A stretch of DNA of 61,899 nt, taken from a bacterium (GTDB lineage Bacteria; Patescibacteriota; Patescibacteriia; Patescibacteriales; XYC2-FULL-47-12). Where the stretch lies: assembly GCA_030698385.1 (NCBI GenBank), contig JAUYLZ010000027.1:1-61899 (forward strand). Reading direction: 5' to 3'. Below, piece after piece: positions 28,571 through 37,449 of this stretch; position 1 is the first letter of the stretch, and each line of letters begins with the position of its first letter. Position numbers and translations under genes: made by a program. Below the pieces are notes generated by a model that made no database searches, had not been told where the DNA came from, and worked only from the letters and a program-made list of their open reading frames with translations.

Positions 28571-28663
28571 ATTTTTTTTAAAAAAATTAATTAATTATCT
28601 TAGATGCTTGTTGTCGGCTATTTGGCTTGTCAATATTCGATATCAAATATCTAGTTTTTTGCT

Positions 28664-30349
28664 ATGCAAAAAGGCAATCTAACCAAAGTTGCTCAACCGG
28701 GCAAAAGCAAAGGGGGAAGGGTAAGTACTAAATATATTTTTGTCATTGGCGGCGTAATGTCCGGCGTTGGCAAGGGTGTCGCGTCCGCTTCAATCGGGCG
28801 CGTTTTAATTGGCAAAGGTTATAATGTCAGCGCCATCAAGATAGATCCGTATATCAATGTTGACGCCGGCACCATGAATCCGGTGGAGCATGGAGAGGTT
28901 TTTGTCACTGATGACGGTGATGAAACCGATCAGGACGTTGGTAATTATGAGCGTTTTCTCAATCGCGATATTCATCGGGAGAATTATATGACTACCGGAC
29001 GAGTTTATCTAAGCGTTATCACGCGCGAAAGAAATTTGGAGTACGACGGCAAGTGCGTTGAGGTAGTGCCGCATATTCCGCTGGAGGTCATCGGCCGCAT
29101 CAAAAAAGCGGCTGTCAAAGACAAAGCCGAAATTATGATAATTGAAGTCGGCGGTACGGTCGGGGAGTATCAGAATATGCTTTTTCTGGAAGCGGCGCGC
29201 ATGATGCACTCAAAGAATCGAGATGATGTCGTGTTTGTAATGGTTAGTTATCTGCCAATTCCAAGCAAGCTGGGAGAGATGAAGACTAAGCCCACCCAGT
29301 ACGCGGTTCGAACCTTGCAGTCAGCCGGCATTCAGCCTGATATTATTATCGCTCGCAGTGATCGGCATATTGATAAGCCCAGATGTCAGAAAATAGCGAC
29401 TTTTTGCAATGTAGAGGAGGACGACATAATTTCCGCGCCCGATGTCGATTCTATTTATGAAATACCGATTAATTTTGAGAACGACCGGATTGGCGAGCGT
29501 ATTTTGGAAAAATTTAAGCTAAAAATGCGTAAAAAAGATTTGGTTGACTGGCGGGCGATGATGAACAAAATGAAAAATCCGAAAAAAGAAGTTCAGATCG
29601 GCGTAGTCGGCAAGTACTTTGGCACCGGCGATTTTACGCTGGCTGATTCTTATATTTCGGTCATTGAATCAATCAAGCATGGCGCGATGGCGGCTGGCGT
29701 TAAACCGGTTTTGCACTGGATAAATACCGAAGATATTGAGAAAAACGGCATTGAAATTTTGAAAAAAATGAATGGCGTGATTGTGCCGCAAGGCTGGGGC
29801 ACGCGCGGCTCGGAGGGGAAGATAAAAGCGATTCAGTATTGCCGCGAACATCAAAAACCATATTTTGGACTTTGTTACGGCATGCAGATGGCGGTCATTG
29901 AATTCGCTCGCAATGTTTGCGGACTAAAAGGAGCTAATTCCGAAGAAATTGACCAAAAAACACCTCATCCGGTTATTCATATTATGCCTGATCAAAAAGA
30001 ATATTTGGCAAAAAAACAGTATGGCGGCACCATCCGATTGGGCGCCTGGCCCTGCAAATTAAAACCCGACACTCATATTGCGGCCGCCTACGGCAAGAAA
30101 AAAAACATTAGCGAAAGACATCGCCATCGTTATGAATTTAATAATACTTATAGAGAAAAGCTGGAAAAAGCTGGTTTAACAATTTGCGGAACATCGCCGG
30201 ATAATAAATTGGTTGAAGCTGTTGAAATAACCAACCATCCATTTTTTATCGGCGTCCAATTTCATCCCGAGTACAAGTCGCGCCCGCTTGACCCGCATCC
30301 GCTGTTTGTGGAGTTTATGCGCATCTGCGCGCAGACGTCAGACATATGA
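28664..30349 (+). CDS. pyrG: CTP synthase
   Basis: 561-aa ORF containing GGVMSGVGKG and the glutamine amidotransferase domain GLCYGMQ...HRHRYE. Confidence 0.95.
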   Translation: MQKGNLTKVAQPGKSKGGRVSTKYIFVIGGVMSGVGKGVASASIGRVLIGKGYNVSAIKIDPYINVDAGTMNPVEHGEVFVTDDGDETDQDVGNYERFLNRDIHRENYMTTGRVYLSVITRERNLEYDGKCVEVVPHIPLEVIGRIKKAAVKDKAEIMIIEVGGTVGEYQNMLFLEAARMMHSKNRDDVVFVMVSYLPIPSKLGEMKTKPTQYAVRTLQSAGIQPDIIIARSDRHIDKPRCQKIATFCNVEEDDIISAPDVDSIYEIPINFENDRIGERILEKFKLKMRKKDLVDWRAMMNKMKNPKKEVQIGVVGKYFGTGDFTLADSYISVIESIKHGAMAAGVKPVLHWINTEDIEKNGIEILKKMNGVIVPQGWGTRGSEGKIKAIQYCREHQKPYFGLCYGMQMAVIEFARNVCGLKGANSEEIDQKTPHPVIHIMPDQKEYLAKKQYGGTIRLGAWPCKLKPDTHIAAAYGKKKNISERHRHRYEFNNTYREKLEKAGLTICGTSPDNKLVEAVEITNHPFFIGVQFHPEYKSRPLDPHPLFVEFMRICAQTSDI

Positions 30350-30452
30350 CTTAAGTTTTACTGATTTGTTGCTCCGCATAAAAATGTGGTATAATATGGA
30401 TATAAAAATAACGCAGTAATTTAAAAGTATTAATAAATTTTAGTTTCATTGT

Positions 30453-32243
30453 ATGTTAAAAAATTTTTTAAAAATTTTTACCTATGTCTTTGGTATTGGC
30501 GTAGCGACCGCTATCTGCACCTCTTTTATTCAGATAGCTTTGGCGCAGTGGTCGCCGCCAACCGCAACGCCGCCGGACGGAAATATCAATTCATTTTTGT
30601 ATGAAGATCCGCTATTTATTGACAGTAATAATAATCGGATCGGAGTTAACGAGCCAAACCCCGGTTTTATCATGCACGCTAGTGATGACGATGGAACGGC
30701 CATTGTGAATATAGCTAACAACGGATTGGATTTGTGGACAGGGTTGCGTATGGAGCGTGATACATTGGAAAAATGGTTTCTCGGTATGGACCTAAGTAGT
30801 GATAATTTTTATATTCGGAGAAATTCAACTACTAACGATATTACCATAGATACGAGCGGCAAGGTTGGCATTGGCACAGAGGCTCCAAACAGCGGCCTGC
30901 ATGTTTATGCCGCGAGCGGCAATAACGCGGAAATTGATATCCAAAGCACAGCCGGCGCTGGGAATCATTGGGCAATCTATGATGACAGGGTAGGCGCGAC
31001 AAACGATTTGATGTTTTGGAAAGGCGGCGCTAATCGCGCTTATATTACCGATGCCGGAGACGTTTGTAATCAAGGCGGCCAGTGTTTGAGCACAGTAGCC
31101 GGCGGCGCCGGTATTTGGACAGTTAATACCGCTACCACCCCTGACTATGTATATGTTTCTGATACTAGCGCTAATGTCGGTATCGGCACAGCGAGTCCGT
31201 TGACTAAGCTGTCGCTGAGCGGGACAGCCTACTCGCCGACTACCGGAAATCCGTCGTTGGCGACTATATATACTACTAATTCGCAAGCGGCTAATATGGG
31301 CGGGGGTGTTTTATTTGGCGGAGTTTATACGGGCAGCACGCAAACTGTATTTGGTTATATCGGCGGAGTAAAAGAAAACGGCACTGCCGGAAATTATGCC
31401 GGAAAGCTTATCTTTGGCACCCGCGCTAATGGAGGAAGTAACGCGGATATGACCAGAATGGTGATAGGCTCTACGGGAAATGTGGGAATTGGGATATCAA
31501 CTCCTTCATATAAACTTCATGTGAAGCCGTTAAGTAGTACGGCTGACTCGGTACTGTTACTTGATGATTCTTCGGCTAATGTAGCAGGCTTAATGTTGTG
31601 GGAAGATAATGATGTGGGAGCGGTGTATATAGACAACCGGTATAATAACGCGGCGGGAGATATTTATATAAGGACGAAGACGTTGGGTACGCCGGTAAAT
31701 GCTATATTTATAGAGTCGGCGGGAAATGTCGGCATTGGCGATACGACACCTGGGGCCGCGCTCGTGGTGGGAGATGATACAAACAGAAGCATTGCTGACG
31801 GATCGGGAGATGTATATATTCAAAATGATCTGGAAGTTGACGGCACGTTTTCCGCCAGCGGCGGCGCCGACATCGCCGAGCGCTTCGCAACTAAAACAAA
31901 ACTCGCGCCCGGCACAGTCGTCGTTATGGCGCCGGGCGGTTATCGAGCCGCGGCTCCATCACAGCAAGCGTATGATACCGCCGTTATTGGCGTAGTTTCT
32001 GATAACCCCGCAATAATTATGGGAGAAGTTGACGCTGTTCATGAAGCAATTGTTGCTATGGTAGGCGTGGTAACGGTAAAAGTCGTCGGACCGGTTGCTA
32101 AAGGAGATTTATTAACCACTTCAAACGTCCGTGGACATGCTATGACGGCGACAGAGCCAAAAGTTGGCACGATTATTGGCAAGGCGCTGGAAGATTTCAG
32201 CGGCGGCCAAGGCCTGATAAAAGTATTGATTAATTTGCAGTAA
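30453..32243 (+). CDS. Secreted tail-fibre-like / beta-helical repeat surface protein
   Basis: 596-aa ORF with a signal peptide followed by WSPPTATPPDGN. Contains recurring (N/K)VGIGT-xP-xxL-V motifs at four or more places and a conserved-looking C-terminal module DIAERF...GDLLTTS. Confidence 0.6.
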   Translation: MLKNFLKIFTYVFGIGVATAICTSFIQIALAQWSPPTATPPDGNINSFLYEDPLFIDSNNNRIGVNEPNPGFIMHASDDDGTAIVNIANNGLDLWTGLRMERDTLEKWFLGMDLSSDNFYIRRNSTTNDITIDTSGKVGIGTEAPNSGLHVYAASGNNAEIDIQSTAGAGNHWAIYDDRVGATNDLMFWKGGANRAYITDAGDVCNQGGQCLSTVAGGAGIWTVNTATTPDYVYVSDTSANVGIGTASPLTKLSLSGTAYSPTTGNPSLATIYTTNSQAANMGGGVLFGGVYTGSTQTVFGYIGGVKENGTAGNYAGKLIFGTRANGGSNADMTRMVIGSTGNVGIGISTPSYKLHVKPLSSTADSVLLLDDSSANVAGLMLWEDNDVGAVYIDNRYNNAAGDIYIRTKTLGTPVNAIFIESAGNVGIGDTTPGAALVVGDDTNRSIADGSGDVYIQNDLEVDGTFSASGGADIAERFATKTKLAPGTVVVMAPGGYRAAAPSQQAYDTAVIGVVSDNPAIIMGEVDAVHEAIVAMVGVVTVKVVGPVAKGDLLTTSNVRGHAMTATEPKVGTIIGKALEDFSGGQGLIKVLINLQ

Positions 32244-32260
32244 ATAATGTTTATCCTTGT

Positions 32261-32629
32261 ATGTCTGAACAAACTAAAAAAATAATTAATAAAAAAAATA
32301 CCCTTGAAGCATTGTCGGACACGGTGGCAACCTTAGTAAATACGGTGACTAAGGGTTTTGCGCGGGCCAAACAAGATAACGATGATTTGGCGGTGATGGT
32401 CAGCTCTGGTTTTATTGAGGTTGGTGAAAGAATTGGCAGAGTTGAAGAAGTTGTAGGCACTCTGAAAAGCGATGTAGGCACTCTGAAAAGTGATGTCAAT
32501 ATTTTAAAGCAAGGTCAGGAAGAAATTAAACTGCGCTTAACAAATGTAGCTTACCGCTTTGAGTTGGTTGATTTGCAAAGAAGAGTACAAAAAGTGGAAG
32601 ATATTGTTTTAGCTCGCCGTAAAAAATAA
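32261..32629 (+). CDS. Small coiled-coil protein (paralog of 34671-35003)
   Basis: 122-aa ORF that is heptad-rich. Its C-terminus LTNVAYRFELVDLQRRVQKVEDIVL matches LANIAYSVDILSLQKRVQRVKNIVL of the paralog. Confidence 0.55.
   Translation: MSEQTKKIINKKNTLEALSDTVATLVNTVTKGFARAKQDNDDLAVMVSSGFIEVGERIGRVEEVVGTLKSDVGTLKSDVNILKQGQEEIKLRLTNVAYRFELVDLQRRVQKVEDIVLARRKK
32453..32494. repeat. 21-bp tandem duplication (one heptad, VGTLKSD x2)
   Basis: gtaggcactctgaaaagcgat occurs twice with one mismatch. Confidence 0.9.
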
Positions 32630-32644
32630 TCTTATTATAGTAGT

Positions 32645-33379
32645 ATGAAAAAACTCATCACGGCCATTAACATTATTTCACTATCCGCTATTAGCATACT
32701 CGCCGCAGTTGGCGTGACAATGTTTGTGGATGAAGTACTCGCGGGTTTTTCCATTCAAAGTAAAGGTATCAGCGTAGATGGAAACACATTAGCAGCAGCT
32801 GATAACGCGCTTTGGGGGTATGCAAATGCCGTTGGCGACCAAACATCTTGTCAGCCACATAGCGGTGACTATAACGATAACTGGATTGTAGACATAACTG
32901 AAAGTAACCGTGTACAGACCCTTTACAATGCAGTATACTATCACTGCGACGGCAGCACCGTTGATGGCTACGCGCCGGGTGTCGGTGATCAGTCGTCGTG
33001 CTCACAGCATGACGCTGACTACGGCAATAACTGGGGTATTTCACTACAGGAAATGAATTACTTTGCGCGTCTCTACAACGCCGGTCAGTACTTCTGCGGC
33101 GCCGGTTTGGATGGTTATACTGCAGTCGGTAGTGACTCTGATAGCCATTTACTCAAACTGCAGACTAAAAGCGGCGTGAGCTATACCGACCGGTTCCGCG
33201 TTGATATTAACGGCAATGTCATTTTGGGTAACGCGGCGAACGGCAGTGAACTGCGGCTCGGTAAGTACGGCACTAAACCGAGCTGCGTTTCAGCGACCAA
33301 TGAAGGCGCGGTGGTGTACGATACCATAAATGACCGGCCGTATGTCTGCGGCCCTAGCGACAGCTGGGTACCTCTTTAA
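32645..33379 (+). CDS. Secreted protein with internal Cys-containing duplication and a shared C-terminal domain
   Basis: 244-aa ORF with a signal/anchor helix. The C-terminal 80 aa (SHLLKLQT...CVSATNEGAVVYDT...CGP..W) is paralogous to the next gene. Confidence 0.6.
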   Translation: MKKLITAINIISLSAISILAAVGVTMFVDEVLAGFSIQSKGISVDGNTLAAADNALWGYANAVGDQTSCQPHSGDYNDNWIVDITESNRVQTLYNAVYYHCDGSTVDGYAPGVGDQSSCSQHDADYGNNWGISLQEMNYFARLYNAGQYFCGAGLDGYTAVGSDSDSHLLKLQTKSGVSYTDRFRVDINGNVILGNAANGSELRLGKYGTKPSCVSATNEGAVVYDTINDRPYVCGPSDSWVPL

Positions 33380-33407
33380 ATTTATATACTATTTTGATAA
33401 TCACACT

Positions 33408-34607
33408 ATGATAAAAAAAATTATCAAATTCAACGCGCTGTTCTTGGTCATACTGGCGGTATCAGTTGCCGGCGGCGTCCTCGTTGCTTCCCATGCGGTG
33501 GTTGCCGGTCTTTCTGCCCAAACAAAAGGTATTGGTGTGAACGGCGGTTCGCTGACACTGGCCACGGACAATGCCATCTGGGCTTACGCGGACAGCGGCA
33601 GTAACGCGGCGAGTCATTTATTAAAACTGCAGACGGTCAGCGGCGGTATTTATTCCGACCGGTTTCGCGTCGGCATTGACGGCGCTGTTACGCTGGGTAA
33701 CACAAGTAGCGGTGCCGAGTTGCGGCTCGGTAAGTACGCCAGTAAGCCGAGTTGCGTTTCCGCGACTAATGAAGGCGCGGTGGTATATGACACGGCGGAT
33801 GACAAGATTTATTATTGCGGTCCTGGTAATGTCTGGGTTGCTATGGGTAGTGGCAGTGGTAATTCACAAACATTCACTTCGTCTGGAACCTGGACAAGAC
33901 CAGCTGGCGTTACCAATATTCAGGTTATTATCATTGGCGGTGGGGGTGGCGGTGGTAGAGGAGGTCGTGGGGATTCATGGCTCGGCGCCGCGTTAGGCGG
34001 CGGCGGTGGGGGTGGCGGTGGTAGTGGATATACCGTAGCTATGGCAAACATAAGTGTAAGTTCACCAAGCTATCCCGTAATTGTAGGTGATGGCGGCAGT
34101 AGCCAGAATCCGGGAGAGAATAGCTCTTTTAACGGAATTATAGCTAGTGGTGGAGGCGCTGGTTCTGCGGGCGGTGATGCAAGTTTTTGTCCATCTTGTG
34201 TGGGTAGCGCTGGTGGTGGCGGTGTCGGCATGACACAAGGTGGTGATGGGGGAAGTGCGTCAACCGGCTCTGATGGAGAAAATGGTTTTCTACTCTATAC
34301 TGGATATACGCCAGGTGCTGGCGGCAATTCAGGATCGCCGTATGAAGGTAATAGTGGTAGTGGCGGCGGCGGCGCCGGTAGTTATTCATCCGGCGGAACT
34401 GCCTCTAGCGGTGCCAGTGGTCATGAATTTGGTACCGGTAACACTGGAGCCGACTACGGCAGTCCGGGTGGTTTCGGTGGCAGCGGGTATGGCTCTGGCG
34501 GTGGCGGTGGCGGTGGCGGTCTTGGTATTAGTCTTAGTACTGGAACTTATAATGTGGGTGGCGATGGGGGAGGTGGTGAAGAAGGTGTAGTTATTATTTT
34601 TTGGTAA
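33408..34607 (+). CDS. Secreted protein: shared domain plus glycine-rich domain
   Basis: Start moved to MIKKIIKF (the signal helix follows). The middle domain is paralogous to 32645-33379. It is followed by TFTSSGTWTRPAGVTNIQVIIIGGGGGGG and long Gly/Ser tracts, resembling phage/virus glycine-rich domains. Confidence 0.6.
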   Translation: MIKKIIKFNALFLVILAVSVAGGVLVASHAVVAGLSAQTKGIGVNGGSLTLATDNAIWAYADSGSNAASHLLKLQTVSGGIYSDRFRVGIDGAVTLGNTSSGAELRLGKYASKPSCVSATNEGAVVYDTADDKIYYCGPGNVWVAMGSGSGNSQTFTSSGTWTRPAGVTNIQVIIIGGGGGGGRGGRGDSWLGAALGGGGGGGGGSGYTVAMANISVSSPSYPVIVGDGGSSQNPGENSSFNGIIASGGGAGSAGGDASFCPSCVGSAGGGGVGMTQGGDGGSASTGSDGENGFLLYTGYTPGAGGNSGSPYEGNSGSGGGGAGSYSSGGTASSGASGHEFGTGNTGADYGSPGGFGGSGYGSGGGGGGGGLGISLSTGTYNVGGDGGGGEEGVVIIFW

Positions 34608-34670
34608 AAATTTACGACTAAAAAATATCAAGCTTTCGCGGGCTTGATATTTTTTACATTTACGCTATTA

Positions 34671-35003
34671 TTATCGCCGCCGCTTGAGCACAATATTTTT
34701 AACGCGCTGCACGCGCTTTTGCAAGGATAAAATATCAACGCTATAAGCGATATTCGCGAGTTTTGACTGTACATCTCCCAGTCCTGATTCAATACTCGTA
34801 AATCTTTTATCATTTTCTTGCCTCATTTCTTCAAACTTGCCATTTACTTCTTCAAAGCCATTAGCAACCATCATAGCCAAATTGTCATTGTTTTTTTTGG
34901 TTTCTTTGCGCAAATTATCATTATCCTTTTTGGCGGTTGCAAAGCCATCGTTCATTCTGGTATTAGCTTTAGCAAACTCCTGATCCATTGATTTATCTTG
35001 CAA
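34671..35003 (-). CDS. Small coiled-coil protein (paralog of 32261-32629)
   Basis: 110-aa ORF with the same NDNLAMMV..GFEEV and NIAY...LQKRVQRV blocks as the plus-strand paralog. Confidence 0.55.
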   Translation of the reverse strand: MQDKSMDQEFAKANTRMNDGFATAKKDNDNLRKETKKNNDNLAMMVANGFEEVNGKFEEMRQENDKRFTSIESGLGDVQSKLANIAYSVDILSLQKRVQRVKNIVLKRRR

Positions 35004-35021
35004 GACACCGCTGGTCTAACA

Positions 35022-35050
35022 TTTTTATCAAGCGGCTAAACAAAAAACCT
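35022..35050. repeat. Left copy of the 29-bp direct repeat bracketing the TA cassette
   Basis: TTTTTATCAAGCGGCTAAACAAAAAACCT matches 36096-36124 at 28 of 29 positions. Confidence 0.9.
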
Positions 35051-35134
35051 TGATATTTATCACGATTGTTTGAAATTTTGTGGTTGTTTTTTTGTAAAAA
35101 GTATGGTAAAATATCTATATCTATCATTGAACAT

Positions 35135-35386
35135 ATGCCAGCCAAAAAAATTAAACCCATTAAATTCCGTCAATCTCTTTTTTGGGACGTGAATCCAAAA
35201 AAAATTGACGTTAAGAAAAACGCGCCGTATATTATTGAGCGTATTTTAGATTTTGGCAACGACCGCGAGGCGCGGTGGGTGTGGCGTTTTTACGATAAAA
35301 AATTACTAAAACAAGTAACCGCCACATCACGGTCGCTGCGTCCGGAAACAAAAAGTTTATGGCAATTACTTCTCAAAAACAGATAA
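35135..35386 (+). CDS. Small partner protein of the AbiEii-like nucleotidyltransferase (antitoxin candidate)
   Basis: Start moved to MPAKKIKP. Contains FWDVNPKKIDVKKNAPYIIERILDFGNDREARWVWRFY. Overlaps the downstream gene by 28 nt. Confidence 0.5.
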   Translation: MPAKKIKPIKFRQSLFWDVNPKKIDVKKNAPYIIERILDFGNDREARWVWRFYDKKLLKQVTATSRSLRPETKSLWQLLLKNR

Positions 35387-36036
35387 ATTTACGATTTGAA
35401 ATACTGCCGCGCGCTACTAAAAAAGCGCTTGATTTTTTGTCGCAGCAAAAGTGGATAAGCCAAAACGGCTGGTATCTCGCCGGTGGCACGGCTTTGACAT
35501 TACACGTAGCGCATCGTAAATCCGTTGATTTGGATTTTTTTACACCCGAGCGTGATTTTGATAACAATGAATTCCTTACCCACTTTCATGACAGCAAAGA
35601 CTGGAAAACAGTAATCAATAAAAAAAATACCGTGTACGGTACGCTTTATAATGCTAAAATTAGTTTCATTGCTTATCCTTTTTTTATTCCAGCCTTAGAT
35701 TACACGCCGTATGGTTGGGTGCGTATTTTACAACCGCGCGACATTGCTGTAATGAAGATTGTTGCGATTTCACAACGCGGCCGCAAACGCGACTTTTACG
35801 ATTTATACTGGTGCGCTAATAACTTTGAACCCTTAGAGCAAATAATCGGGCGACTGCCAGCCCAGTACCCAACCGTAGCCCATGACTACCACCACATCTT
35901 AAAGAGTCTGGTCTACTTTGCCGATGCGGAAAAAGATCCGATGCCGGAAATTACCTTTCGAACGCGGTGGAGCGAGGTAAAAACATTTTTTCAAAAAGAA
36001 GTGCCGCGTATTACGCGCACTGTAATGGCGTTGTGA
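35359..36036 (+). CDS. Nucleotidyltransferase AbiEii/AbiGii toxin family protein
   Basis: 225-aa ORF. LAGGTALTLHVAHRKSVDLDFFT is the hallmark N-terminal motif of the family. Confidence 0.72.
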   Translation: MAITSQKQINLRFEILPRATKKALDFLSQQKWISQNGWYLAGGTALTLHVAHRKSVDLDFFTPERDFDNNEFLTHFHDSKDWKTVINKKNTVYGTLYNAKISFIAYPFFIPALDYTPYGWVRILQPRDIAVMKIVAISQRGRKRDFYDLYWCANNFEPLEQIIGRLPAQYPTVAHDYHHILKSLVYFADAEKDPMPEITFRTRWSEVKTFFQKEVPRITRTVMAL

Positions 36037-36095
36037 ATATTAGGAGTTTGTCCCCAATTTTTTAAGGGGCATGATCGCGTTATCGGCCGTTTTTC

Positions 36096-36124
36096 TTTTT
36101 ATCAAGCGGCCAAACAAAAAACCT
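36096..36124. repeat. Right copy of the 29-bp direct repeat bracketing the TA cassette
   Basis: TTTTTATCAAGCGGCCAAACAAAAAACCT. Confidence 0.9.
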
Positions 36125-36147
36125 GCTCAAATTGAGCAGGTTTTTTT
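36116..36147. terminator. Bidirectional rho-independent terminator
   Basis: A6-CCTGCTC-aaatt-GAGCAGG-T7. Confidence 0.7.
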
Positions 36148-36150
36148 AGA

Positions 36151-36432
36151 CTATTTATTGGTCAGTACGCTCACGATTGTTGTTTCTTTGAGAGCGCCGT
36201 TGAATTTTTTCAGCTTCTTTTTGGTAAATTTGACGAAGCCGTTAATAAGCGAGAATAAAGTGTCATCTTTGCCGCGTTTGACATTTTTGCCGGCGTGCCA
36301 TTTGGTGCCGCGCTGGCGGATGAGAATGGAGCCGATTTTGGCGCGTTCGCCGTCATGGAGCTTAACGCCCAAACGTTGCGCTTGTGAATCGCGGCCTAAC
36401 GCTGTGGAGCCGCCTGCTTTTTTATGTGCCAT
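36151..36432 (-). CDS. rpmA: 50S ribosomal protein L27
   Basis: 93-aa [37 protein letters not shown] is the L27 signature. Confidence 0.95.
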   Translation of the reverse strand: MAHKKAGGSTALGRDSQAQRLGVKLHDGERAKIGSILIRQRGTKWHAGKNVKRGKDDTLFSLINGFVKFTKKKLKKFNGALKETTIVSVLTNK

Positions 36433-36438
36433 ATTTTT

Positions 36439-36467
36439 GATTTCAAATTTAAGATTTCAGATTGCAA
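36439..36467 (-). promoter_or_regulatory. Promoter positioned for a leaderless rpmA mRNA (TTGCAATCTGAAAT motif)
   Basis: Minus-strand reading: TTGCAA + 17 nt + GAAATC + 6 nt + ATG (36432). Confidence 0.4.
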
Positions 36468-36559
36468 ATTTATAATTTAAAAATTGTTTGCAATCTATAA
36501 AGGTTATTGCTATTCTATCAGTAATTGATTTTTATGTCAATATATGATAGGATTATGAC

Positions 36560-37303
36560 ATGAAATATATTTTTTTTGTCATAATTTTGCTATTTATTGG
36601 CATAATACCGGTTTACGCTAACTTGGACTCTGATCGTGATTTGGATGGCGTACCTGATAAAGATGAGATCGGCAAATTCTACACAAATCCGGATAACCCC
36701 GATACTGACGGTGACGGTTTTAATGATTGGGTTGAATTAAACAGCGGTTTTTCGCCATATACTGCCGCTTCGGTAAAACTAGAAGATAATGACGCGGATA
36801 ATGACGGCTTGAGCGACCGCAAGGAAATTAGTTATGGCACCAATCCGGTTAGCGCTGATACTGATGGCGACGGTTTTTCTGATAAAGTGGAGATATTAGC
36901 CGGCTACAATCCATTGAGCGCGAAGCCAGAAGCGCTGGAAAAAAAGATTGTCATCAACCGCGGCTCGCAAACCCTTACTTATTATTTGGGCGATATGTTA
37001 CTGGATTCAACAGTTGTTTCCACCGGCAAGGCGGCTATGCCCACGCCGGCGGGTGAGTATAAGGTAATCGAAAAGAATCCCTACCGCTGGTCGCGCGCCG
37101 CCAGTCTGTGGATGCCGTTTTGGCTGATGTTTGACGCGCGCGGTTATGGTATTCATGAATTGCCTGAGTGGCCCGGCGGCATCAAAGAGGGGCAAGATCA
37201 CTTGGGTACTCCCGTTTCACATGGCTGTGTTCGCCTGGGTGTAGGCCCTGCGGCAGAGCTGTACACTTTCGCGGAATTGGGAACGAAAGTTATTGTGAAT
37301 TAA
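36560..37303 (+). CDS. L,D-transpeptidase (YkuD) with thrombospondin-type-3-like Ca-binding repeats
   Basis: 247-aa ORF with a signal peptide, D-x-D-x-DG repeats (DTDGDGFND, DADNDGLSD, DTDGDGFSD) and the catalytic HGCVRL. Confidence 0.85.
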   Translation: MKYIFFVIILLFIGIIPVYANLDSDRDLDGVPDKDEIGKFYTNPDNPDTDGDGFNDWVELNSGFSPYTAASVKLEDNDADNDGLSDRKEISYGTNPVSADTDGDGFSDKVEILAGYNPLSAKPEALEKKIVINRGSQTLTYYLGDMLLDSTVVSTGKAAMPTPAGEYKVIEKNPYRWSRAASLWMPFWLMFDARGYGIHELPEWPGGIKEGQDHLGTPVSHGCVRLGVGPAAELYTFAELGTKVIVN

Positions 37304-37449
37304 CCTAATTATTCTAATTTCTAATTGACCTAAATAAATCCCAATTAGGTAATGTCTAAGTTATTACGGTTGTGATTTGGGTTATTGGTATTTGGGTATT
37401 CTTTAGAGTAATTAGTTTAATTAGAAATTAGACATTAAAAAGATTTTGT

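Noticed and set aside
33330-33407. Upstream extension of the glycine-rich protein ORF (start at 33330).
   Set aside because: The extension overlaps the end of the previous gene and lacks a signal peptide. The internal ATG at 33408 is followed directly by a signal/anchor helix and preceded by GATAAT-N6.
34144-34631. Alternative-frame ORFs (34144-34389-, 34240-34590+, 34386-34631-) across the Gly-rich tract.
   Set aside because: These are artefacts of GGN/GSN repeat DNA, which is open in several frames. Their translations are low-complexity His/Arg/Thr/Ala strings.
32261-35003. Inverted coiled-coil paralogs considered as the arms of an invertible (shufflon-like) segment.
   Set aside because: The paralogs are similar only at the protein level. 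Nucleotide identity in the best-conserved block is roughly 60 percent, with no long identical inverted repeat, and no recombinase is nearby.
36071-36475. 134-aa plus-strand ORF overlapping rpmA.
   Set aside because: It is antisense to an unmistakable L27 gene and spans the terminator and the direct repeat.
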